This document shows positions 1 through 10,584 of a stretch of DNA of 64,000 bases, piece after piece. The notes beneath the pieces are model-generated. The model was not told the origin of the DNA, searched no databases, and saw only the letters and a program-made list of their open reading frames with translations. The translations under genes were made by a program, and so were the position numbers. The stretch comes from Mobula hypostoma (Eukaryota). Every line of letters begins with the position of its first letter. The first letter of the stretch is position 1. The stretch covers positions 167,402,001 to 167,466,000 of the forward strand of contig NC_086097.1 in NCBI RefSeq assembly GCF_963921235.1. Reading direction: 5' to 3'.

Positions 1-797
1 TTAATATGAGAATAAAAGCGAGCTAATTTATCTTCGGACATATGTGCTCTATGAACAACTTTAAATTGAATTAGGGAATGTTTAGCACAAATAGAGGAAG
101 TATTGACTAATTGTAAAATCTGCCCCCAGTCATCCACGGAAATGATAGACCCCAATTCCTGTTCCCAATCTACCCTAATCTTATCAAATGGAGCTTTCCT
201 AAGTTTCATAATAATATTATAAATCATAGCCGATGCACCTTTCTGACATGGATTAAGGTTAATTATAGTATCTAAAATGTATGTAGGAGGAAGCATTGGA
301 AAAGAAGGAAGTATAGTACTTAGGAAATTTCTAACTTGTAGATATCTAAAAAAATGTATTCTTGATAAATTATATTTATTAGATAATTGTTCAAAAGACA
401 TAAGGGAACCATCTAAAAATAAATCCAAAAACCGTGAAATACCCTTAATCTTCCAAATTTGAAAAGCACGATCCGTAAAAGAGGGAGGAAAAAATATGTT
501 ACCTAAACTAGGAATCGCTAGCCCAAATTGGTTAAGATCAAAAAATTTTCTGAATTGAAACCAAATACGTAAGGTATATTTAACTATCGGGTTAGATACC
601 TGTTTGAGGCGTTTCAAATCAAAAGGAAGAGAGGAACCTAAAATAGATCCAAGTGTATAGCCCTGAACAGATTGTAATTCCAATGCTACCCATTTAGGGA
701 TGGATAGTATATCCTGGTCAAGTAAGCAAAATTTCATACGTCGAATATTAATTGCCCAATAATAAAATCTAAAGTTGGGTAATGCTAAACCTCCATC
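1..797 (-). mobile_element. L1-clade (fish L1/Tx1-like) LINE, 5'-truncated ORF2 C-terminal region, running off the window edge
   Basis: Minus-strand frame open for ~265 codons to the window edge (missing from the ORF track because it has no stop): DGGLALPNFRFYYWAINIRRMKF...LRIWFQFRKFF...FQIWKIKGISRFLDLF...HFFRYLQVRNF...WEQELG...CAKHSLIQFKVVHRAHMSEDKL, typical of the post-RT/zf-RVT part of L1 ORF2. Confidence 0.9.
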
Positions 798-807
798 GAG
801 ATATTGG

Positions 808-2887
808 TATCACAGTTGAGCAAACAGGCATGAGAGAGGAGCTGGCCAAAGCTAATTATAAAAGGACACTAGTGAGGATTGTGCTAGCTTTTTAAAGATT
901 AAAAATTAGCTTTATTAGCCACATGTACATCAAAACATGCAGTGAAGTACATTGTTTGCATCAAATCAAATCAATGGGGATTGCGCTGGGCAGCCTGCAA
1001 GTGTCACTACACATCCAGTGCCAACATAACATGTCCACATCTCAATAACCCTAACCATACAACTAGGAATGTGGGAAGAGCAAAGGCTGGAGTTTCTTGG
1101 AGTAATTTTGAACATGCAAGATTGGTTCATCCCAAAGAAGATGAAACCTTTAAAGGAACAATTAGGTAACAAGGAAAGTCAAGAATCAAAAGAGAGGGCA
1201 TACAATATAGCAAAAGTTAGTGAGAACTTAGAGGTTTGAGAAGCTTTTAAAAACCAATGGAAGGCAACATAAAGCCAGAAGAGAAAAGACAAAATACGAA
1301 GATAACCAGCCAATTATATAAAAGAAGAAACCTTTTTTTTTCAGATATATGAAGAGGAAAAGAGAAGTGAGAGTGGATATCGGACCACTGGAAAATGACA
1401 CTGGAGAAGTAGTAATGGGGAACAAAGAAATGAATACAGTATGTATTTTGCATCAATTTTCATCGTGTAAGATACCAGCAACATGCCAAAAATTCAAGAG
1501 AGTCAGTTTGTAGAACAGAGAGTAGTGACTACTGCTAAGGAGAAGGTGCCTGGGGAGCTGAAAGGTCTGAAGGTAGATCAGTTATGTGGACCAGATGAAA
1601 TACACCCCAGGATTCTGAAGGGGCTAGCTAAAGGTATTGTGGAGACATTAGTAGTGATCTTCCAAGAATCACTAGATTCTGGAATAGTTCCGGATGACTG
1701 GAAAATTTCAAATTTCACTCCTCTGTTTAAAAAAAAAGGAGGCAAAAGGCAGGAAAATGGACGCCAGTTAGCTTGACTTCAGTGTTTGGTAAGATGTCAA
1801 AGTCTAGTATTAATGATGAGGCACTGGTGTACTTTGAGGCACATTATATAATAAGCCAAAGCCACCATGACTTTCTTAAGGAAATCCTGACAAATCTGTT
1901 GGAAATATTTCAGGAAGTAATGCAGTACAGACAAAAGAGAGTCAGTGGATGTTGTTTACTTAGATTATCAGAAGGCCTTTGAGAAGGTGCTGCACACGAG
2001 GCTGCTAAACAAGTTAAGAAACCATCATAATACAGGAAAATACTTACGTGGTTAGAAGATTGACTGACTGGCAGAAAACAAAGAGTGGGAATAAAGGGGG
2101 CATTTTCTGGTTGACTGCCTGTCACTAGTGGTGTACCGCAGAGCTTAGTGTTGGGTCCATGTTTTCCATGTTATATGTTAATAATCTGGATGAAGGAAAT
2201 ATAACCTTGCGGCCAAGTTTGCAAATGATACAATGAAAGGTAAAGAGGCAGGTAGTGTTGGGGAGTCAGGGAGTCTGCAGAAGGACTTGGACAGATTAGG
2301 AGAATGGGCAAAGAGGTAGATGGAATAGCGTAGGGAAGTGTATGGTAACGCACTTTGGTAGAAGGAATAAAGTTGTTCCTATTTTCTAAACTGGGAGCAA
2401 CTTCAGAAATCAGATTTGCGAAGGGTCTTAGGAGTGCAAGTGCTGGATTCCCTAAATGTTAACTTTTGAGGCGGTAGTAAGGAAGGTAAACGCAATGTCA
2501 GAATTCATTTCCAGAGGAATACAATATCAAACAAGAACGTAGTGTTGAGGCATCATAATCTGTTGGTCAGCCAAATTTGGAAAATTGTGAGCAGTTTTGG
2601 GCTCCATAACTAGGTTTACAAGAATGATCCCCAAAATGAAAGGGTTAGTGTATGAGGAGTGTTTGATGGCTCTGGGCCTGTACTCACTGGAGCTTAGAAG
2701 AATGAAGTGGGAATCTCATTGAAACCTACTGAATATAGAAAGCCTGGATGAAATGAACATGGAGAGGATATTTCCAATAGTAGGAGAGTCAAGGACCAGA
2801 GAGTCCAGTTTCAGAACAGTGGAGCAGACTCGATGAGTCAAGTGACCCAGCTCTGCTCCCAATCCTTATCAGCTTAATGTCTTATGG
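808..2887 (+). mobile_element. CR1 LINE, decayed ORF2 (linker, RT, 3' end)
   Basis: Fragments GPDEIHPRILK, WKISNFTPLFKKKGG, TNLLEIF, ccgcagagcttagtgttgggtcc ([12 protein letters not shown]), aagtttgcaaatgataca (KFADDT-like); many stops and frameshifts; interrupted by a SINE at ~894-1080. Confidence 0.9.
894..1080 (-). mobile_element. SINE 3' fragment (same family as 59040-59350) nested in CR1
   Basis: Shares cagtgaagt..tgtttgcatc, gctgggcag..cacaag and aaccctaacc..ggaatgtggga segments with the SINE at 59040-59350; splits the CR1 coding sequence. Confidence 0.6.
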
Positions 2888-5463
2888 ATGGGAGGCTTGG
2901 ATATCATCATTTCATTATATATTAAGAGGAGGTTATTTGATTCACCCTTGTTGACAAGTTTTCGGTGGTTGAGATGAAAAATTTGCCAAAATTCCCACAA
3001 TATAAGGTAATTGGTCCACCATTTCCAAACCCTGGCACTTTTTATCTGATGAGGATGTGGATAGAGAATTGGATAAGATATAACTGGGGCAGTTTTAACA
3101 ATTCATTAGGCAGGAAACTAGTGACTCATATGGAAAATTGGTCCAAACTCTCATGAATAAAATGGCAATTCAGATGAGTGAGAAAAACCTTTAAGAGAGG
3201 AGACCTCAAGGAGAAAAAAAGAAGCAAAATTCTTCCGAGATGATGTCTCTTTAAAAGAATCTGCTGACTATTATTCAACGACTCATATTCCTGAGGGTGA
3301 AGAGATTGGGATTTAACATTGTTAAATCAGTACATCAATAGCTTTCAGAGAATGCATTGAGCATACTTAGGAAGGAATTGTGTGGACTTTGGGTGAACAT
3401 AAAAACGTCTATGGACAGCATTAATTTTCCTTTATGAGTACTAGATGCAGTTTTGTTGCCTGATAGTTTGAACAGTAACGAAGAGTAATGCTGAGAGGGG
3501 AATAACGTGGGCATATATAGAATGACACAATCTGAAAGAAAAGTGCATTAATCTGCTAGGATTAGTAACATATTAAAACATAATTCCTTTTCATACAATT
3601 ATACCCAGCACTCGGGAGATTTGTAATATCCCAAGAAACAGGAAATTTTGATATATTAAATTCTCTTGTTTATATGGGCTCAAAATCTTTCTGCATTAAG
3701 ATTCAAATGGTTGAAGTTAATATCAGAGAATATATACAGTATACAATCTGTAGATGGGTAGATATTTAAAACACACTTGTGGTGAAGAAGTGATACAAAA
3801 TAGACTTGGTGATGTAATCACTTGCCTTGTGCTTTGTCTGCTCAAATGGGGAATGCTATTTAGTTCCAGAATGCATTTCCATGCTTATCTGCATCATTGA
3901 GAATTGTATCTATTGCAAACCCTTTGTGACAAAAGTCCTTGCTCTCAATGGCTAAGCTTTAATTTTAAGCTTATCTTAAGCTTATCTTCTTCTGTTCTGG
4001 ATTCCCAACCAGAGGAAACAGTTTCTCCTTGATGTAGAATTGTAAGATTGTGTGATGTATACAAGGCTATGTGCCCTGAACTGATATCTACACAGATAAA
4101 ATTTGACTGTCTAAAGTACTTCAGTTAAATCTAGTTATTGGCTGACTGGCTTCATTTACTAACTACATTGAACAGAGGGCGTAATCGAACTAACCTGGCT
4201 TCTCTCTGGATTTTACTCGGTATAATTTAAAAGTGAAGTAAGAGCAAGTTGAAGTGACCCAGCAAGGAGGCTTCACCCCAACATACAGTCGATAATGTAC
4301 CTAGTGGCTTATTTTGAAATTGAATGAAAAATCAAACTAACAGATGCTGATTTAATTGAAGATATGATTGGATACTTAATTGAAGATGCAAACAAATACT
4401 GCACATTTTAAAAAAGAATATTTCAGTACTGAACAAATAATGTTCAACAGTTAGTCCAACTGTATATCTTCATCATACTGATATCATTCAATAATTGTAT
4501 AATCTAATTTTCCTTGTCAACATTGCCACTTATTTAATTATATATAAATTCTTCAAGTTGCACATTTTCAACCCCTATCAATTGCCTTCTCTCACCTCAA
4601 ACTGGGAATGTGTTGATTAGATCAGTCTATTTTCACCTTATTTTTCTCTTTGGCACAGCAATAATCTGTAAAAGCTCAGGCATCTAATTTCAAATCTGTA
4701 GCTTAACCATTAAACCTTTGCCTTTCTCTCTCCATCTTTCTCCTTGTTTGAATCTTCTTATAAACTTATCCCAAAAGAAGTAAAGATGGAGGCATAATTT
4801 AAAGCCCTTATCCTCCACTCCTACCTGTCTATTCTTTGTTTCTCTCACTGATGTCTCCACCTTCCTCAGCTTCAACAGAATATCTGCTCAGACTTCCCTC
4901 CAGTTTTTGCTTCTTCCCTCTTTGGGTCACTCCCTGATTTTCATAAAACTCATCAACTCTATCAAGCTTGGCTTGATCCTCAATTACTTCTCAGGTTCTT
5001 CTACCAAATACTTCTTCCTAGCTGCTAACATCATCAATCTCCAAACCATTATCTCTTAAAAGATCTTAATTCCCTATGTTCTGCAATTTATCATTCTTCC
5101 ACAAATTCCCTCTCACTCTTTAGAGACACTGGGGCATATGACAAGCACAGTAACAGCCCAGCTCATGCATGCTAACTGTGATGCCCAAATGATCTTCAAA
5201 ACCTATCCCAACCATGCACCTGTCCAAATGCCTTTTTAAATGGAATTAATGTATTGGCCCCAACCCCTTCCTCTGGCAGCTTGTTACATATAGTCACCAC
5301 CCATTGCATAAAGAAGTTGCCCCTCAGGTCCCTTTTAAATCTTTCCCCTATCACCGTAAATCTCTACCATCTATCTTTGGTTCCCCAACCCTGGCAAAAG
5401 GACTGTGTACATTCTCCTTACCTTTGTTCCTCATGATTTTTTTCTGCCTCTACAAGATCACCT

Positions 5464-6278
5464 TTCAAAGATTCAAAGATTCAAAGATTCAAGATTCAAA
5501 AAACTTTATTGTCATTCTAACCGTACATCGGCTCTGCAGGGCAGAATGAGACAGCGTTTCTCAAAGGCAGTGCAATCATAACATAACAAAGGCAACACTA
5601 AATAATAAACATAACAATAAATAGTAAAACACAACAGCCACATCTCAGTTAAAATCAGTTATAAGTGTCCAATGCAAGTTAAAAGTGTCCAAAGCAGAGT
5701 CCGGTAGAGCAGCTATTTAGCAGTCTGACTGCCTGTGGGAGGAAGCTGTTTAGTAGCCTTGTGGTTTTAGTTTTGATGCTCCTGTAACGTTTGCCTGATG
5801 GCAGAAGAACAAACAGTTCATGGAGGGGTGTGAGGGGTCTTTAATGATGTACCGTGTCTTCTGGAGGCATCGACTCTGAAAGAGGTCTTGAACAGAAGGT
5901 AGGGGGACCCCAATAACCTTCTCTGCTCCCCTAACCACCCTCTGCAAGGCTTTTTTGTCGATAGCACTGCAGCTGGAGTACCAGGTTGTGATGCAAAAGG
6001 TCAGCACACTCTCAACCATGCCTCTGTAGAATGTAGTTAAGATGTTAGTGGGCAGTAATGCTTGTTTAAGCTTCCTCAGAAAGTGCAATCTCTGCTGGGC
6101 CTGTTTCACAATCCCAGTGGTGTTCCTGGACCAGGTGAGATTGTTCGAGATCTGCACCCCAAGGAACTTGATGTTTTCCACTCTCCACTGTGGAGCTGCT
6201 AATGCTGAGGGGTGTGTGCTCAGGCTGAGACCATCTGAAATCGACAATCGTCTCCTTGGTTTTGGTGACATTAAGCAT
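5464..6278 (-). mobile_element. Rex1/Babar-type LINE, 5'-truncated (RT C-terminus, DUF1891-like region, 3' UTR, GAATCTTT tail)
   Basis: LNVTKTKETIVDFR and VENIKFLGVQISNNLTWS..QRLHFLRKLK..FYRGMVESVLTFCITTWY; 3' ATGACAATAAA followed by tandem (ttcaaaga)n on +. Confidence 0.88.
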
Positions 6279-7131
6279 CAAGTTGTTATCCCAGTCTCCT
6301 ATGCTTCATGGAATGAAGCCCCCTCCACCTCTTTGCTCTCAATGCTGAAGCTTCACCATAAAAAATGGATTGAGTTTGAAAGGAAAAGGTTTGCTGGACC
6401 AAGGTCCATTGTAAGTGTGTGAACACAAGCTGATAACTGAACAGGATTTCATGCAAGATAGCACATGGGCAACCGAGGTTCAACTGGGCTCATGGATGTT
6501 CCAATGAAGGCAGTTGGCCAGGCAGGTATTTAAGTATTTTAGCCAAAAATAACATTCATGGATGATTTGATTTCCACTGCTTATTCCTGTGAACAGCACG
6601 TTCAACATCCTGATTGAAACGATTGGTGGTATTCATTCCTGTCAACTTGTAAACCAGTTCTGTGTTCTCTCAAAAAAAGTTTAACACAACCCTGGGCTTC
6701 TCCCAGAGTGGTTAAGTAACTCAGTTTTATGCTACAAACTAGTCCTTCAGATGGTTGTGAAACTGAGCTGGAGAAAAATAAATTGTACAACAAAATTGTT
6801 AAAGATCTGGAAATTACTCCATGGCGTACGAGCTATGAAGTTAAACAGATGGTTAAGCCAATTGATTTTGTTGTTGTACTTTACATTAAACACCAAGGCA
6901 CATTTTTCCCTAAATTAACTCAAAAAAATCCTGCAGTTCCTGGGGGATAGAAAGAACTCTGTGTTCACCCTATCTTATGCCTCTCATTTTCTCACTTCTG
7001 TCTGCCATGCTCCAAGGTAGGTAGTCTAAGACTTCCCAAACTCTCCATAAATTCAGGCCCTTGATTTTTGGCAATATTCTCATAAATCTTCTTTAACTCT
7101 CACAACACTTTGTTATTCTCATGATCTTAAA

Positions 7132-7595
7132 GTCATAGAGCACGGAAACAGTCCCTCTGGCCCACTGAGTCCATACCAACATCATAACAGTCTGTCTGGC
7201 CCACTGAGTCCATAGTAATTTCATAACAGTCCCTCTGGCCCACTGAGTCCATAGCAACATTATAACAGTCCCTCTGGCCCACTGAGTCCATAGCAACATT
7301 ATAACAGTCCCTCTGGCCCACTGAGTCCATGGCAAAATCATAACTGGCCCATTGAGTCCATAGCAATTTCCCTCTGGCCCACTGAGTCCATACCAACATC
7401 ATAACAGTCTGTCTGGCCCACTGAGTCTGTAGCAACATCATAACAGTCCCTCTGGCCCACTGAGTCCATAGCAACATCATAACAGTCCCTCTGGCGCACT
7501 GAGTCCATACCAACATCATAACAATCTCTCTGGTCCAGAGTCCATACCAATATCGTAAGAATCAGTCTGGCCCTCTGAGTACACCCCAACACCAT
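7132..7595. repeat. 39-bp minisatellite, ~12 units, derived from a CR1 3' terminus
   Basis: Unit ACAGTCCCTCTGGCCCACTGAGTCCATAGCAACATCATA, starts at 7148, 7187, 7226 etc., with shortened and diverged units towards the middle and right end. Confidence 0.95.
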
Positions 7596-7647
7596 AGCAA
7601 TTCAATATTATTCCTATTTTATTCTCCCCATCAACATCCCTATGGTG

Positions 7648-8120
7648 TCATAGATTTATACAGCACAGAAAATAGTCGTTAGACCAACTCGTCCATGCTA
7701 ACCAAGATATCTACCTGAGCTTGTCACATTTGCCTGCATTTTGCCCATATGTCTCTGGAGTTTTCCTATCTATGTACCTACCCAAACGGGCTTTTAAAAG
7801 TAATTGTATGCATCTCTGCAGCTTCCTCTGGCAGTTCATTCTATATACCCACTGCTTTCTTGTGCCAAATTCGCCCATCAGTTCCTTTTAAGATCTGTTT
7901 TATCTCTCTGTTAGTTTTAGACGTCCCTACCCTGGAAAAAAATACTGTATCTATCCACCTTATCCATGCCCAGCATGATTTTATACTCCTCCATAAGGTC
8001 ACCCCTCAGTCTCACACATTCAAGGGACAAAAGTTTCAGCTCATCAAGTCTCTCCTTATATCTTAAGCTTTCCAGTCTCAGTAAAATCGTCAATAATCTT
8101 TTCTACACCGTTTCCAGGTT
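7648..8120 (-). mobile_element. Old CR1 3'-end relic
   Basis: tcatagatttatacagcacagaaa tail, ctcttctggcagttcattc-like block, acctatccatgccc..atgattttatac, all matching CR1 3' ends elsewhere in the window. Confidence 0.65.
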
Positions 8121-8388
8121 TTGTGCATAACTTTTCTACCACTGCTGGTTTGAGTGGATTCAGGCTTCCATCTTCCACATTTCAGAAACAGAGCTCAGAA
8201 GGACTTTTAGCCTCCCTTCAGAGGCTGCCTCTATGGTTTCATATTCTTCTGTGCGTAATGCACAGCGATGTTCCAAGGCAGTGAATCTAAGTCCTATCTA
8301 TTCAGAAAGCTTACAAGCAAACAGAGCTACACACATCAAAGTTGCTGGTGAACGCAGCAGGCCAGGCAGCATCTCTAGGAAGAGGTAC

Positions 8389-8424
8389 AGTCGACGTTTC
8401 GGGCCAAGACCCTTCGTCAGGACT
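8389..8424 (-). ncRNA. Minimal type I hammerhead ribozyme motif in PLE
   Basis: Minus strand AGUC-CUGACGA-A-GGG(UCUUGG)CCC-GAAAC-GUC-GACU: CUGANGA and GAAA core, stem II, stem I AGUC/GACU, GUC cleavage triplet. Confidence 0.8.
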
Positions 8425-9315
8425 AACTGAAGGAAGAGTGAGTAAGAGATTTGAAAGTGGGAGGGGGAGGGGTAGATCCAAAATGATAGGAGAAGACAGG
8501 AGGGGGAGGGATGGAGCCAGGAGCTGGATAGGTGATTGGCAAAAGGGATATGAGAGGATCATGGGACAGGAGGCCTAGGGAGAAGGAAAAGGGGGGGGGC
8601 GGAACCCAGAGGATGGGCAAGGGGTATAGTCAGAAAGACAGAAGGAGAAAAAGGAGAGAGAGAGAAAGAATGTGTGTATAAAAATAAATAACAGATGGGG
8701 CACGAGGGGGAGGTGGGGCATTAGCGGAAGTTAGAGAAGTCAATGTTCATGCCATCAGGTTGGAGGCTACCCAGACGGAATATAAGGTGTTGTTCCTCCA
8801 ACCTGAGTGTGGCTTCATCTTTACAGTAGAGGAGGCCTTGGATAGACATATCAGAATGGGAATGGGATGTGGAATTAAAATGTGTGGCCATGGGGAGATC
8901 CTGCTTTCTCTGGCGGACAGATGAAGCCACACTCTGGTTGGAGGAACAACACCTTATATTCCGTCTGGGTAGCCTCCAACCTGATGGCATGAACATTAAC
9001 TTCTCTAACTTCCACTAATGCCCCACCTTCCCCTCGTACCCCATCCATTACTTATTTATATATAAATATTCTTTCTCTCTCTCTCCTTTTTCTCCCCCTG
9101 TCCCTCTGACTATACCCCTTGCCCATCCTTTGGGTTTTCTCCCCCCCCCCACTTTTCCTTCTCCCTAGGCCTCCTGTCCCATGATCCTCACATATCCCTT
9201 TTGCCAATCACCTGTCCAGCTCTTGGCTCCATCCCTCCTCCTGTCTTCTCCTATCATTTCGGATCTCCCCCTCCCCCTCCCACTTTCAAATCTCTTACTA
9301 GCTCTTCCTTCAGTT

Positions 9316-9351
9316 AGTCCTGACGAAGGGTCTCGGCCCGAAACGTCGACT
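9316..9351 (+). ncRNA. Minimal type I hammerhead ribozyme motif in PLE
   Basis: AGTC-CTGACGA-A-GGG(TCTCGG)CCC-GAAAC-GTC-GACT; predicted cleavage after C9347. Confidence 0.82.
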
Positions 9352-10584
9352 GTACCTCTTCCTAGAGATGCTGCCTGGCCTGCTGCGTTCACCAGCAACT
9401 TTGATGTGTGTTGCTTAGATTTCCAGCATCTGCAGAATTCCTTGTGTTTGCGAAGCAAACAGAGTTGATGTGTGTACAATGAATAAGGGGTTTGCTAAAG
9501 ATGATTAAAGATTTCAGTAAGATAGTTAATACTGCAGATATGACAGGCTGAATGAGCTCCTGCTTTATAATCTGCCAACTACCTTTAGTTGTTAATGCAC
9601 TCTATGTGTCACAGGGTGTACAAACAGATGACTGTGTGGAGGAACAACAGACTCCCATGTTGAAATAGAAACAAGAGTTTATGCGTAGGAATCCATGGCT
9701 TGACTGAGAGACACCATGAGATCAATCATTCTTGAAACACAAGGTCCTTGCGATGAGCGCAAATTGAGAGTCCAATTTAAATACTCATAGTATGCTGAAA
9801 CCCGTGGCAGTCAAAATAAATCTGACAGGATTAACTAGAAAGAACAAGGACTTAATGACTCTCAATAAGACAACAATTACCAAATACAGGTACATAGTCT
9901 CACAGGACTGATGACACCATGACTTGCTGCTGCCTCCTGGATATGCTTATATTTGGCCAAGAGGCGATATTGATTGGAATATTAGGATCTGCTGGTTCCT
10001 TCGGAGAACCAGCACAGGCAAGATTGGCTAAATGGTTACCTATTATGTCTTGTGATCATACATGACACAAATATATATTTTAAATTGCTGCATTTCACAA
10101 CCCCCATTTGCCTCATGCTCCTCACCTTTCTGCTATTCCAATCAATTAGAAATATTTTCCCTTGATGTAAATATTCAAGGAAATAGAATTTCATCCTCTG
10201 CCACCTGTGCTAAACCCAAAAATAAAGTAGAAACTTCATACTCTAGTTCAGAATTCAGTTCCTTCAACATCAAGTGATCAAGAGCAAATTTTATTCCTCA
10301 GTTATTCAGGGCTGAGTTGCTCCCAACCACCATTTCAGAACTTGTAATAAAGCATCATAAATCTATCATTCTGCATTGCTGATTAGTTTAAAAAGCTGCA
10401 GTTATTTCTTATTAGTCCAATGGAATCAGTAGAGATTGGATGCTACAAACCAGAAACCGCACAGGTTAGATACAGTTTATTCCCTTGTAGACCATTGCTC
10501 AATCTGAATCTCTCTTTGCAATACAATTCCAGATGATATATTTCTGAACAGCTGTACAGTGGAAATAGAATAGAAGGTGAGTTA

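Larger units (their letters stand above)
8327..9452. mobile_element. Penelope-like element: two pLTR-like units in inverted (head-to-head) orientation with 12-bp TSD
   Basis: Left arm 8327-8920 (-) encodes the GIY-YIG C-terminus SVRQRKQDLPMATHFNSTSHSHSDMSIQGLLYCKDEATLRLEEQHLIFRLGSLQPDGMNIDFSNFR; right arm 8919-9452 (+) is the reverse complement of ~8327-8820; AAGCAAACAGAG flanks both sides (8315-8326, 9453-9464). Confidence 0.9.

Noticed and set aside
4560..5120. Pyrimidine-rich tract as an ancient retroelement ORF
   Set aside because: Compositionally suggestive, but no translatable motif could be recovered.
6280..6950. Possible host exons (GTAAGT donor at ~6411; 73-aa ORF 6729-6950)
   Set aside because: No recognisable protein similarity and no consistent exon chain elsewhere in the window.
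7093..7595. Repetitive ORFs (WTQWARGTVM / DSVGQRDCY) or a CRISPR-like array
   Set aside because: The unit is 39 bp (a multiple of 3), so open frames are a by-product; there are no unique spacers and no cas genes, and the DNA is eukaryotic.
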